Source: Octopus vulgaris (taxonomy: Eukaryota). Taken from it: 64,000 nt of DNA. Of this stretch, positions 36,518 through 48,711 are shown piece by piece (positions within the stretch are counted from its first letter, which is position 1; every line of letters starts with the position of its first letter). A program made the translations under genes and the position numbers. The notes beneath the pieces were generated by a model. It had not been told where the DNA came from. It saw only the letters and a list, made by a program, of their open reading frames with translations, and searched no databases. The stretch is taken from the NCBI GenBank assembly GCA_951406725.2, contig OX597814.1, forward strand, positions 165,416,001-165,480,000, read 5' to 3'.

Positions 36518-36963
36518 TGATGACTGGCACCGGTGCCAGTGGAGCACTAAGAGCACCATCCGAGTGTGATTGCTGCCAGAGCAGCTGACTGGCTTCTGTG
36601 CCAGTGGCACGTAAAAAGGAAAAAACATGATCGTTACCAGCATCGCCTTACTGGCACATGTAAAAAACATTCGAGCAAGGTCATTGCCAGTGCCACTGGA
36701 CTGGCTTCTGTGCAGGTGGCACGTAAAAACCACCACTTGAGCGTGGCTGTTGCCAGTATTGCCTGGCTAGCCCTCGTGTCAGTGGCACGTATATACACCC
36801 ACTACACTCTCGGAGTGGTTGGCGTTAGGAAGGGCATTCAGCAGTAGAAACTCTGCCAGATCAGATTATAGCCTGGTGCAGCCATCTGGTTCACCAATCC
36901 TCAATCAAATCGTCCAACCCATGCTAGCATGGAAAGCGGACATTAAACAATGATGATGATGAT
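36518..36963 (+). mobile_element. RTE LINE 3' UTR fragment with about five hairpin units and (GAT)n tail
   Basis: Repeated gtgccagtggcacgtaaaa / gccag..ctggc units plus the terminal block. Confidence 0.85.
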
Positions 36964-37752
36964 AAGAAAGCTCTCGGCTATAGAACTGTAACCTATGTAG
37001 ATACAATAAAACACTAAAATAAGTAACAAGCATGTGCACACAGACACATCTATTGTCACATGCATGTGCAGACACACACACACACACACATACATAGACA
37101 GTGACAAAACAAGACAGAAAAATTTAATAACATACACTCATACCTTCAGCATCATACACACATTCTCATTCACACACATTCCCCACAAGTATAAATATAA
37201 AATAACATTTAACAGACCCAGTTTGAATTAATGTGTTAGCGTTAGAGCTATGAGATTATGTCATTTGTGAGGTTCCAAATGGCAACAAAAGAACTTTGAC
37301 AAACCAACTGACTGACCAGTTGATCTCATGATTAATCAAGCCATCATTTAATTAATTGGTTTATCAGTGAACTAGTTGACTTTTAATCATTAAAAGAAAT
37401 GAAATAGAACCAGTGTCACTGTTTTTTATTTGCCAAATAACTTTGCGAAGATAACATATCTATTTCAACAAATGATTTCACATCAAGGATTTTGTGAAAT
37501 AACACAAAAATTAAATATATGTCTTGTATATCACTCTGTGAAAAAACCAGTATAACTGGAACACAACTATGGATTCACAACATAGAATGGTGATGAACTA
37601 TAACCTCAGACACTGCCACAATAATCCGCTGTTCTTTACTAATCAAAACAATATTGTTAGCTCGGTGTACTAACAGAGAGTTTATAAAGTATTTTTCCCG
37701 GATTAATAATCATTCACTAATAACTCAAAAGTTAGATATATATGTGTGTGTG

Positions 37753-38212
37753 TAAGTAGAGATTTCAAACTTAAAATCTTCAAAGCCACAGTCAAACCAA
37801 TTTTACTATATGGCTCAGAAACCTGGACCTTATCAAAGAAGCTTGAGAGGCGGTTGGATGGAACTTACACTCGCCTCCTTATGAGAGCTCAAAATCTCTC
37901 ATGGAAGCGTCATCCAACCAAAGTACAAATATATGGGAAACTACCACCTGTATCATCTCTTGTGAAAGGTAGAAGAGTCCAGTTTGCTGGACATTGTTGT
38001 AGAGCTGAAAACAAGGTAATTTCTACTCTTCTCCTCTGGAAGCCATCTGCTTGCGATGCCAGAGGGCACACACTCTCCTACCCTGATGTAATCTCCAGGG
38101 ATACAGGCATCCAGCAAGGGACCTCCGTAATGCTATGATGGACCGTAAAGTCTGGCATAACATAGTAAATTCCATTGTCTCGACCACAGTCGAACAATGA
38201 ATGAATGAATGA
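37753..38212 (+). mobile_element. 5'-truncated RTE-clade LINE (third family) with (GAAT)n tail
   Basis: ORF 37746-38138 KIFKATVKPILLYGSETWTL...RR..FAGHC.R is a typical RTE post-RT region; ends in aatgaatgaatgaatg. Confidence 0.85.
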
Positions 38213-38252
38213 AAATGGGTAGAAAAGTAACACATGAGTTGATATATATAAT

Positions 38253-38385
38253 GAAAATAAGACAAGGTAGAAAATGCTAAAATTGTTTTATCATGAAGTA
38301 ATAAAATAATTTTAAGACTGAAACCAGTACTAAACTGTACTTCATGATAAAATTATTTTAGCATTTTCTACCTTGTCTTATTTTC
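38253..38385. repeat. Inverted repeat, 48-bp arms (2 mismatches), 37-bp spacer
   Basis: gaaaataagacaaggtagaaaatgctaaaattgttttatcatgaagta vs tacttcatgataaaattattttagcattttctaccttgtcttattttc. Confidence 0.9.
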
Positions 38386-38392
38386 TTTGTAT

Positions 38393-38775
38393 TCCTTTGC
38401 TTGTTTCAATCATTTGACTGCGGCCATGCTGGAGCACTGCCTTTAGTTGAACAAATCGACCCCAGGACTTATTCTTTGTAAGCCTAGTACTTATTCTATT
38501 GGTCTCTTTTGCTGAACTGTTAAGTTACGGGGATGTAAACATACCAACATCAGTTGTCAAGCGATGGTGGGGGGACAAACACAGTCACACAAACATATGC
38601 ACACATACACACACACACACATATATGTATATGCCAGGCTTCTTTCAGTTTCTGTCTACCAAATCCACTCACAAGGCTTTGGTCAGCCCAAGGCTATAGT
38701 AGAAGATACTTGCCCAAGGTGCCACACAGTGGGACTGAACCTGGAACCATGTGGTTGGTAAGCAAGCTACTTATC
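38393..38775 (-). mobile_element. CORE-type SINE (OR2-like)
   Basis: Homologous to the other copies. Confidence 0.85.
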
Positions 38776-39572
38776 ATATATATATATATATATATATATG
38801 ATATGACACGACACTATGATTCAAACTTCAGGTTTTGTCCTCAAGAGCTTATTCAAACACTGAAATTTTTTTTTTAAATGGCTCACCTTATAACCATACA
38901 TCAGACAATTTTTCACAAAATGTGGGTGTTAACTAAAGAAGGAACGTCTGGTTGTTGGTCAACAAAATCGATACTGTGATTGGAAATCATAGAAAAGAAG
39001 ACAGATTAAGAGTCAAAGGTACAAAAAAAAAAAGGCAGAGGGAAGAACATACTTACGAGGATTAGGGGGTGGGCATAAACAGGAAAAACAAAGGGTGGTA
39101 CTTTATTATTAGTGAAATGGAGAAGTAGAATGCAGTGGTCAGTATGTAGGGAGGCAAGTAAAATATGAAGAATCGTCAGAAAAACTGATGTTATTTGAGA
39201 TAAGAAATAGTGATTTAAGGAACACTTTTACAGGAAATCTGGTTTGTATATCTATACAACAGACACGCATGCACATGCATGCACATACACACACACACAT
39301 TTTTCAGCTCAATGTAGAGCACAGCCTAGTGTTCTCCTTATGGGTCGTGTATCACATAGAGAAAATTGTAATTCTGGAAGTACAAGCTCAATACTTTAGG
39401 TGGCTCTTTTGACTCAGACCATCAGTAGTAGCTAGTGGAAATTAGTTGAATGTTGAGCGCTGTGTCAGTCCTCAGCTCTGCATCTCCTACTTATCATTCT
39501 AGTCATATTAAATGCAGGATTATGTATTATTATGTGTGTGTGTATGTATGTGTGTGTGTGTATATATATATA

Positions 39573-39893
39573 TATAAATTAGAAAAAAAACCCACCTTTT
39601 ATCATTTAAATAATGAAAAATTAACTTATACCATTTAGAAAAATTACATATTATATATGTTTTATTTATTATTTTGCACATTACGTAATCATCGTTTATG
39701 TTTTATCGTATATTTAATCTTTTTATAATATGTAATTTTTCTAAATTGTATAATTTAATTTTTCATTATTGAATTGATAAAAGGTGGTTTTTTTCTAATT
39801 TATATATATATATATATATATTATTTTTTGTGAAATTTGATTTAGTATTTCTAAATTGAATTTTTCCCTGTAAGTTTGGAATAATATTCCCTC

Positions 39894-39897
<4 letters not shown>
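39573..39897. mobile_element. AT-rich foldback element in (TA)n, same family as 8994-9210
   Basis: Arms ataaattagaaaaaaaacccaccttttatca..aataatgaaaaattaa..tttagaaaaattacatattata and their reverse complement, followed by the shared stem. Confidence 0.65.
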
Positions 39898-39961
<64 letters not shown>

Positions 39962-41277
39962 CTAATGTTTCTTTGGTGTATGTTCAATCAGTTATATAGT
40001 TGGCATGTATTGGAGTTCAATTTGAATGGTCAGGAGAAGTAAGTATTACCTGGCATTATAGAACTAAAGTTGGATCCTTTGTTTTCAGCTATATAAATTT
40101 CAAATGCACTTTACATTCTCTTTCAGCTGGTAGCAAACACACAATGGGTTTCATTTAATGATTAAAACCTGAGAAAAGTAAACTATTCTTTATATGTCAG
40201 TGTGTGTGTTAAAATAAGGCTATCATTTTAAAGCATGTTTAAGATTAACAATGGAATATTTAGTGATTGTGTGACACTATACTTGAGAGGAGAGTCAAAT
40301 TTATTGTGAAGACCCAGGTAATTTGATCTTTAGTGTGTGTGTGTATTCATATATATGTATGTGTGTGTCTACATATGTACAGGTGTATGTGTACATGTGT
40401 ATAAGCATCAACATCAGTGTCCACTTTTCCATGCTTGCATGCATCAGATGAAATTTGTTGAGCAGATTTTCTATGGCCAGCTGCCTTTCCTGTCACCAGC
40501 TGTCACTTATTTTCTAGTTAGGTAATATTTCATATTCCAAGGCATATTTTCCATAGAAGACTGGAAACAAACAACATCATTGCTTGTAAGATGATGATGT
40601 TCTGTTATAACCAATATATGTCAAGACAAAAATACACTCAAACACACACACACATGATAGGCTTCTGTCAGTTTCTGCCTACTAAATCTACTCAAAGGCT
40701 CTGGTTGGCCTGAGACTATAGTAGGAAGCAACTTACCCAAGGTGTTTTGCAGTGAACCTGAACCTGAAACCACATGGTTGAGAAACAAGCTTCTCTACCA
40801 CACAGCCATGCTAGCATCTGATAGCCAATATCTTTGGATGAGCTTGATACAGAAAACATCAGGGTTAAATACCCCAATGAAATTATTATACATCAAGACA
40901 CTTTTGCCTGTTCCTTTATCTTGCTTTAACTTCTCAATACCTGGCACAAAGCCACTTCCCCCTCTACTACATTCACACTCAATTGAGGTGGCTTTTTTCT
41001 TTGTTCTGCAAGTTACTTGTGGCAGCTTCACTAGTGCTGGTGTCATGGAAAAAGTTCCTGGTATTCTCTGAAAACTAATTGGTATTAGCAAAATCATCCA
41101 ACCATAAAAAGCATGCCAAAGCAGACATAGGAGCTCAATGCAGTTCTCTGTTTTATTGGATCCTCTCAAACACTATTATTTGTGCCAGTATGGAAAACTG
41201 GCATTAAAGATGATGGTAATGGTGGTGATGCTGGTGGTGGCATCAGTGATTTATTTATTTACAAAATTCTACTGTAA

Positions 41278-41317
41278 TTACTAATTTCCATTATTTTTCC
41301 CTCTTTTCTCTTTTCAG
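41278..41317 (+). promoter_or_regulatory. 3' splice acceptor (branch point, polypyrimidine tract, CAG) of the kelch exon
   Basis: ttactaat branch-like motif followed by tttttccctcttttctcttttcag|. Confidence 0.75.
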
Positions 41318-41380
41318 TCAGCCTCTCCGGAAGATTCCATTTACAACTGCAAAAACTTAAACATAAATAATATACCAGCA

Positions 41381-43105
41381 ATGGATTGTATGAAGATTTC
41401 TCAAAACAAAATCAAATATCTAAATAAAAACTACCAGAAGTTTCCGCACAAGATCTATGATTCAAAATGTGACATTAAGTTGTCTGTTGGCGGGACAAGT
41501 TTCCGAGTGCATAAACAGGTTCTTTCTGAAGCCAGCGATTACTTTTCGGCTATGTTCCACCATGATATGAAGGAAAAAGAACAAGATGCTATTGAAATTA
41601 AAGATATCAGTCCCAAGGGATTTTCTGCAATCTTAGACTACTTCTACCATGGTAATATTACAATTTGTCCAGAAAACATTGAAGATGTCTTAGAAGTAGC
41701 TCGATTCTTCCAAGCTGACTGGATTGTTGATGTGTGCTGCAACTTCCTGGTAGAATATATGAGTTTAGAAAATTATACATATGTACAAAACCTAGCAGAT
41801 AAATATGCTCTTGGAGACTTACAACCTGATATTCTTCAAGTACTTGCTTTAAGTATTAATGAGTTAGTAGAGCAGCCCAAGTTCTTACAGAATCTTCCGG
41901 AAAACCTCCTCTTAGCATTTCTTCAATGTGATGTATATGTGGAAGCCCATGAACATTTCCTTTTTAAAATTATCCTTGATTGGGTTGATGAAGATCCTTG
42001 CACTCGCAAACCTTCTCTGCTGCCACTTCTTAAAGAAATACGATTTTCGCTTATGGAGCTTGAAGAACTAGAATCAATTCCTGATTTAGTGCACGAGTTT
42101 GAAGAAATTCACAATGAGATAGAATTTGCAAAGAATTATGCCTTATGCATCCAAGCACAATGTCTTCAGAATGATGATAAGTTTCTTCCAAGGGGAGCAC
42201 ACAGTGTATTGGCCATGATTTTCTTTCCGGATGACATATGCACAAATATTGCTTACAAAGATCTAGATAACCCTGGACTTTGTGTTGAAGAATTAGATTC
42301 TCCTCTGCACATTCGGTATGAGCATACAAGAGAAACAGTGCTTGGAAACTTTTTGTTTGTTGCTGGAGGTTATACTACCAATTATTGCAGTTCGAATTGT
42401 GTGTTTATGTATGACCCTCGCTTTAGAACTTGGACCGAAATTGCTTCAATGCAAAACCCTCGAGTTTCTTTTGCAATGTGCAGCTCTGACCACAATCTGT
42501 TTGTTTTGGGTGGCATCAACCATATGTTTGTAGACAACAATGAAGTGGAAGTTATTCTCCAAAACTGTGAGATGTATTTCCCCGAAGAAAATATTTGGGT
42601 GGCTATTCCTGACTTACCTCTTGGTATATTTGATCATGCCAGTGCCTTTGCTAATGACTGTTTGTACTGTAGTGGTGGCATTACAGATAATCCTGAAAAT
42701 ACAGTACCTGTTCCATTTTTGTATGTCTACAGTTTCAGTACAAAAACCTGGGAAACAAAAGCAGAAATGCTTTACCCTCATCAAAGGCACTGCATGATGT
42801 CTATCGACAACAAGTTATTTGTATTAGGTGGTTACACCCGAGATAATGAAATCGGTTTTAAAGATTGTTTAACAAATGAATGTTATGATATTGAAACTAA
42901 CCAATGGACTGAGATTATTAGCACACCACCGGAATATGGCCTTCTTCAGTCACATGCAACACAACTTGAAAATAAAATCTATATTATAGGTGGTGAAAAA
43001 ACAAATCTTTATGCCTATGACTTTGAAAAAAATACATTTGAGGAACTGGAATTACTTGATCCTAAGATTCAACGAGTTTCTTGTCTTGATGTAGCTTATC
43101 CATAA
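41381..43105 (+). CDS. Kelch-like protein (BTB/POZ-BACK-Kelch repeats), probable Cullin-3 E3 ligase substrate adaptor; most reminiscent of the KLHL9/13/26/36 group
   Basis: 574-aa uninterrupted ORF. BTB motif CDIKLSVGGTSFRVHKQVLSEASDYFSAMF; BACK motifs LL..IRFSLM and I..WV..D; kelch repeats with GG, Y and W (LFVAGG..YDPRFRTW, LFVLGG, LYCSGG, LFVLGG..YDIETNQW, IYIIGG). The frame stays open upstream to the acceptor at 41318, so the true start may lie in an earlier exon. Confidence 0.93.
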   Translation: MDCMKISQNKIKYLNKNYQKFPHKIYDSKCDIKLSVGGTSFRVHKQVLSEASDYFSAMFHHDMKEKEQDAIEIKDISPKGFSAILDYFYHGNITICPENIEDVLEVARFFQADWIVDVCCNFLVEYMSLENYTYVQNLADKYALGDLQPDILQVLALSINELVEQPKFLQNLPENLLLAFLQCDVYVEAHEHFLFKIILDWVDEDPCTRKPSLLPLLKEIRFSLMELEELESIPDLVHEFEEIHNEIEFAKNYALCIQAQCLQNDDKFLPRGAHSVLAMIFFPDDICTNIAYKDLDNPGLCVEELDSPLHIRYEHTRETVLGNFLFVAGGYTTNYCSSNCVFMYDPRFRTWTEIASMQNPRVSFAMCSSDHNLFVLGGINHMFVDNNEVEVILQNCEMYFPEENIWVAIPDLPLGIFDHASAFANDCLYCSGGITDNPENTVPVPFLYVYSFSTKTWETKAEMLYPHQRHCMMSIDNKLFVLGGYTRDNEIGFKDCLTNECYDIETNQWTEIISTPPEYGLLQSHATQLENKIYIIGGEKTNLYAYDFEKNTFEELELLDPKIQRVSCLDVAYP

Positions 43106-43129
43106 AGCATAAGAAACTGCTTATCTTGC

Positions 43130-43135
43130 AATAAA
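43130..43135 (+). promoter_or_regulatory. Candidate polyadenylation signal AATAAA (alternative at 43447-43452)
   Basis: Hexamer 25 nt after the stop codon; the AT-rich context makes a chance match likely. Confidence 0.35.
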
Positions 43136-43567
43136 AAACTTTAATTCATAAGACTCTGATGTCAGTCAAAACTTTCAGCAAGATTAACTCCCTGAGGAAA
43201 TGATTTAACATTAACAGATATCGATTTATGAGATAGTTTACTACTAATTTATTACTAACCAACTTCAGCTTAACATTAAAAAACTTTGCATTGTATGTGC
43301 TGTAGAGGTTAAATCCAAAACAAGTCACTTAGTTCTTGGTTTTAGCCTTTCCACATCATGTATATTTCTTATATTCTTGAGAAAAAGCAAGAAAGTTGCA
43401 ACATGCCAGTTTCTCCTCATAAATTTATACTTTTATGTCTGTAAGAAATAAATTTTAACAGATTCCAGTTGAGCAATATAAAGTTACATTTTGTCATTTT
43501 GCTTAAAATTTATATTTTAATTTTTTTTTCAGTGAACACTCATATATTATAATTATATTATAATTAT

Positions 43568-46500
43568 TCATCATCATCATCGTTTAATGTCCACTTTCCA
43601 TGCTACCATGGGTTGACTGAGGACTAGCAAGCCAGGAGGCCGCATCTGGCTCCAATCTGATCTGGCAAGGTTTCTACAGCTGGATGCCCTTTCTCCAAGA
43701 GTGGAGTGGACGGTTTTACCTGCCACCAACATGGGCGGGCAGTCATGCGGCACTGGAATCAACCACACTTGAATGATACTTCTTACGTGCCACTGGCACA
43801 GGAGCCAGTCAGATGGTACTGGCATTGACCACACTCAAATGGTGCTTTTTATGTTCTACTGGCATGGGAACCAGTCAGGCAGCTCTGGCATCGACCACAC
43901 TCGTATCCAGTTAGGCAGTACTGGCACAACAGGTCTTCTCAAGCACAGCATGTTGACCAACAATTGAAGGGTACTCTTAAATGGGCTGGTTATGCAACAC
44001 TGGAATAGGCCACAGCTACGATCTCACTTGGCTTACCAGATCTTCTCAATCACAGCATATCTCCAAAGGTCTCGGTCGCTTGTCATTGCCTCAGTGAGGC
44101 CCAACGTTCAAAGGTTGTGCTTCACCACCTCATCCCAGGTCTTCCTGGGTCTACCTCTTCCATAGGCTCCCTCTCCTGTTAGGGTGTGACACTTCTTCCC
44201 ACAGCTGTCCTCATCCATACGTAACACTTGACTCTACCAGTGCAGTCATCTCTCTTGCACACAACATCTGACGTTTCTTATGTCCAACTTTTCTCTCAGG
44301 ACGCTTACACTCTGTCATGTATGCACACTGACATTACACAACCAGCAGATCATACGAGCTTCATTTCTTTCAAGCCTATGTATATCCTCAACAGTCACAG
44401 CCTATGTTTCACTACTGTGGAGCATGGCTGTTAGCACACATGCATCATACAGTCTACTCTTCACTCAGAGCGAAAGGCCCTTTGTTACCAGCAGAGGTAG
44501 GCACTCTCTGAACTTTTCCCAGGTTATTCTTATTCTAGCAGCTATTCTCTCAGAGCATCCACCCCCACTACTGACTTAGTCACCGGTGTAATGGAAGCTA
44601 TCAACTACTTCTAACTTTTCCCCCTGGCATGTGATGGAAGCTGTTTTCTGCACATTTTCGGTGTTTATTGCTCTTCTGCATCTGCCATGCACAAAAACTA
44701 TCTTCCCAGTTAACCTTCCTTTGATGTTGCTGCATCTCTTTGGTGTCCATAGCTTACACTGGGCACATCTTATGGAGTTTCTACCTACACCTTTTCTACA
44801 ACCGAGCAGGGCCATCTACCTGAAGGGATTTGTGATTTGTCTGCCTTCCTACTTACTAAGACTTTGATTTTTACTAGATTGACACTAAGGCCCTTCGATT
44901 CTAGACCTTGCTTCCACACCTAGTTCTGGTAGTGACTCAGCTATTAGAGCAAGGTCATCAGCATAGAGGAGCTCCCAAAGGCATTCTGTTTTGAATTCCT
45001 CTGTTATTGCCTGGATTATTATGATGAATAAGAGGGGGCTGAGGACTGATCCTTGATGGAGCTCTACTCCTACCAGGAATTCTTCATTATATCGTTCCAA
45101 ACCCTCACCTTACTAACAGCATCCCTGTACATGGCTTGTACAATTCTCACTAATCACTCCTATCCCTAGTTTCCACATATACCACAAGATAAGAGATCAG
45201 GGGACCCTGTCAAAGGCTTTCTCCATGTCAATGTAAGCCAAGTACAGAAGCCTATCTTTGGTTAGGAATTTCTCTTGCAGCTGTCTTACCAAAAATAAAG
45301 CTTCAGTAGTGCTTCTCCCTGGCAAAACCCAATTTGCATCTTGTCTAAACTAACTCTTTCCCTAATTAGTTAGGCTTTGACCCTCTCTTTGACTTTCATC
45401 ACCTGATCCATCAATTTGATACCTCTGTAATTATTCCTGTTTAATGCATCAACTTTACTTTTGTAACAGTTGACTATGGTGCTGCTACACCAGTCATTGG
45501 GTATGACACCTTCATGTATCCCTTGGTTGACTCTATAGGTGACTAGACTATAGCCTACACTACCAGATATTTTAAGCATCTCTGCAGTGATTTCTGATGG
45601 GCTGGGGGCTTTAACTGTCTTCATACCCTTAATTGCTATATCTACCAAGGTACTATCAATTTGGATAGCCGGTCCCTCTGTTGGATTGACATTTGGCAGA
45701 CTCTCTTTTTCCCATTTATTCTCTTCATTTAGCAACCTTTCATAGTGGCGTCTCTCTTTGCAGCCTCAGTAAATGCAAGTGAGCCATCATCCATGTGGAC
45801 ACATTTCTCTCCTATGACATGACGATTCTCTCTCAGACACTATCTTGCAACATGAAATACTTCATGTCTTTGGTTCTCATGATGCAGAACATTGGCAATT
45901 TTTTTCTTATCTGCTTCCCTTCTGGCTAAGTAAACCTGTCTCATAGCTTCCCTTCTGGTGATCTGATACAGCTCCCTGCTACCACCGCTCTTCCAGTTCT
46001 TCCATGCCTGTTTCTTTTCCCTAATGACCCTATCAACTAAATTGTTCCACCACCACATTACCTTAGGTTGAGTGGGGACTTTGCATGATCCACAGATCTG
46101 GTCAGTAGCCCTCAACAGGCTGTCCCATAGGAACCTTCAGTTGTCTTCCACATTATGTAATGTTATATACTTGCAGCAAAACCATCTTGGAAATCTCCAG
46201 CACACATGCGCAGAGTTGGATTCTTCCAGGAGGCTTGCCGGAAGTTCCCTCATGTGCATGCGCAGAAAACTAGCAGCAGCGAAATTTCCCTCATATCATC
46301 CTCTCGAACGCTGGCAGCCGAACAGGACAGTCGTGTTTTAACAGCTCTCTCAAGCTGCTACCTCGTGGCATTTTTCCGCTATGCTTGAATGGACAGGATT
46401 TGGTTCACTCCACTTGACTACTGCAATAACCTCCTAGGCTACTGATTCGCCCAGAAAGAAGAATGTATATATTGCGAATCAAGAAATAAAATATTTATAT

Positions 46501-47540
46501 GGTTGAAGTTAATCGGAAGTCTTGACTCTTTCCTTTGATAATATTTTAATGTAAAGGATGCGAGCTGCACCCATCCAGTACGGGGACCTCTCATCCTGTT
46601 ACATACTCCTCTTTTTCATCAAAAGCTTCAAGTAATACATCTCTAAATCTCTGTCCATTTACAGGATCCTTAAGCTTCCAGACCCTTTTTCATGCTGGTA
46701 ATCATCTGGGCAGCTATTTAGCCCTGAACCTGAAATCACTAACCACTAACTGATGTTGTGGGGTGCATTCTTCACCTTGGAAGGTTTTGGCATTTATAAG
46801 TAGCCATCTTTCCCATTTCCTGGCAAGAATATAGTCAATCTGACTCGTGTCTCCACCAGACTGATAAGTACACACGTGACTGGCAGGTTTCCTGAAGTTA
46901 GTATTACAGATCATAAGATGGTTCCCTCCTCATTGCGGTAATCAAATCCATAGCTACAATGTACATCCATGGGAGCTCCCTGGATGTTGTCCAACATGCT
47001 CATTGAAGTCACCAGCCACAAGGAGAAGGTCCCTATCACTCGTTGACGAAGTAGTCTGCAAGAAGGTGTCATAAAGCCAGTCTTTTTGTTCATCAGGTAG
47101 TATTGGCAGAGGGGCATAAGCCGAGACAATGGTTGCTAATCCATGTTGCAGTTCTAATCTAAGCTTAAGTATTCTACAACAGACTCTGACTACCTCGATT
47201 ACCTTATCAACCCATTTCTCTAACCCCATCAGTGTTCCCTACCCAGAAAATCTTATATTTATGTTCCTTGCTTGTGAGGAACCTAGCAGAATTTCCTCTC
47301 CACCTTACTTCTTGGATGCAGCACAAATCTACAAATCTCCATTCAAGTATCTCAACAGTCTCACCAGACCTACCTTTCAGTGTGCCAACTCTGAGAGTGT
47401 GGAAGGTGTGGGCCTGTGAGACCTGGGATGGAGGATAGCAGCATCATGCATCTGAAAAGAAAGCTCACATTTGGCAGACCTTGTAAGCATACAATAGCCT
47501 TCAACCTGCATACACTACACCATCATTTTATGTGCTACAT
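43568..47540 (-). mobile_element. Near full-length decayed RTE-clade LINE (APE endonuclease + RT), antisense and downstream of the kelch gene
   Basis: EN motifs LRVGTL..DLCCIQEVRW, VSAYAP, AGDFNEHVG, SQIDYIL; RT motifs NYRGIKLM, GVELHQGSVLSPLLF, ELLYADDLAL; Cys/His finger; 3' UTR array and (GAT)n tail. Many stops and frameshifts. Confidence 0.92.
46156..46603 (+). mobile_element. Probable solo LTR nested in the LINE
   Basis: 448-bp non-LINE block with TGTAA...TTACA termini and internal AATAAA (46485-46490). LINE homology resumes on both sides. No clean TSD. Confidence 0.6.
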
Positions 47541-47759
47541 AATCACTACATTCCATAGGAGAGATGGGGGAGCATTCTGTATAGTAAGCCATTGGAGGTG
47601 CTCGGGAGAAAGACATCCAGTTGAAGTCAGAGGATAAAGACTTCTGGTATAGGTGAGGGTGGGAGGAAGGGTGCATCACAAAATGGCAGAACACTGCCTG
47701 CCGATGTGAAAGAATAACGATAATAATTATTATAAAGAGCACTATCGAGTAAAATAGAA

Positions 47760-48490
47760 TTGGACATTTGCATTCTTAACTATAGCTATAACCTACACTT
47801 ACCTCATGCTGTTCAGTCTGGATATTATGTATGAACTCAATAGCAAATTTTCTGGTCTCCTTAATGACAGAATCAAGTTTCTTATGCCTCTTATGATTTA
47901 AATGAGTTTTAGCATCTATTCATCAGATGTTTCAAAATATTTGGCCACTCCATTTGTGATGGTTTTGTAAATAAGTTCAAATTGGATCAAACCTTAACCT
48001 CCTTGGGCTCTAGGAAAGTAAAGACAATCTACATCTGCCTTTGGGTGCTACATTTTATTGCAAGTCAGCAGCTTACATATTTTCTTGTCAAATTTCTTTA
48101 TTTCACTGATATTCCAGTTCAACACATTGAAGCTATAAATAACAACTGGAACTTCTGAGGAATTTATAGCTAACACCTTGTTACGTACATTTGGCTCATA
48201 TTTCAGGACTGCTTAAACTCTCCTGTAACATTCCTTTTTGGTGTTCAATTTCATGCATTCATGTTGAATGCCAGAGCCTTCATTTATTCCTAGGTAAATA
48301 AGTTTCTTCCTGCTCAGGTAATTTTATAATTGTGTCAATATCTAACAAGACTGAATTTGAGGCATTCAATTTCCCTTCCTGGAAAGTGGCCTTGATGCAT
48401 TTATCAAGACCAAACTTCATCTTGATGTCATCACCGAATGCTTTCACAATATGTAACAGGCCTTCAAGCTCATTATTGTCCTTTCCATAG
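47760..48490 (-). mobile_element. Decayed R4/Dong-like LINE fragment (end of RT and downstream region)
   Basis: Minus-strand translation GKDNNELEGLLHIVKAFGDDIKMKFGLDKCIKATFQEGK and DKKICKLLT...HPKADVDCLYFPRAQGG.GLIQFE. Confidence 0.8.
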
Positions 48491-48711
48491 AGTTGTTGTT
48501 GTTGTTATTATTCCTGTTGACAGAATATTTGTTTCACTTAATTCCATGAGTTTGAAAAGAATTATTCATCTGTTTTAGATTTTGTTATTGCAATTTTTTG
48601 CTGTGCATTTTGTTGCAAAAGTAACCAGAAGGTGGAGCTTTCCATTTTGCTGGCCTCTAATAGAGCCAAAATGATTTTAAAGAGAAAATATTTACAATCA
48701 TTTGTAAATTA

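Noticed and set aside
42051-42797. Overlapping ORFs within the kelch CDS (42051-42329 -, 42318-42533 +, 42540-42797 +)
   Set aside because: Short shadow frames of the real gene with no recognisable motifs.
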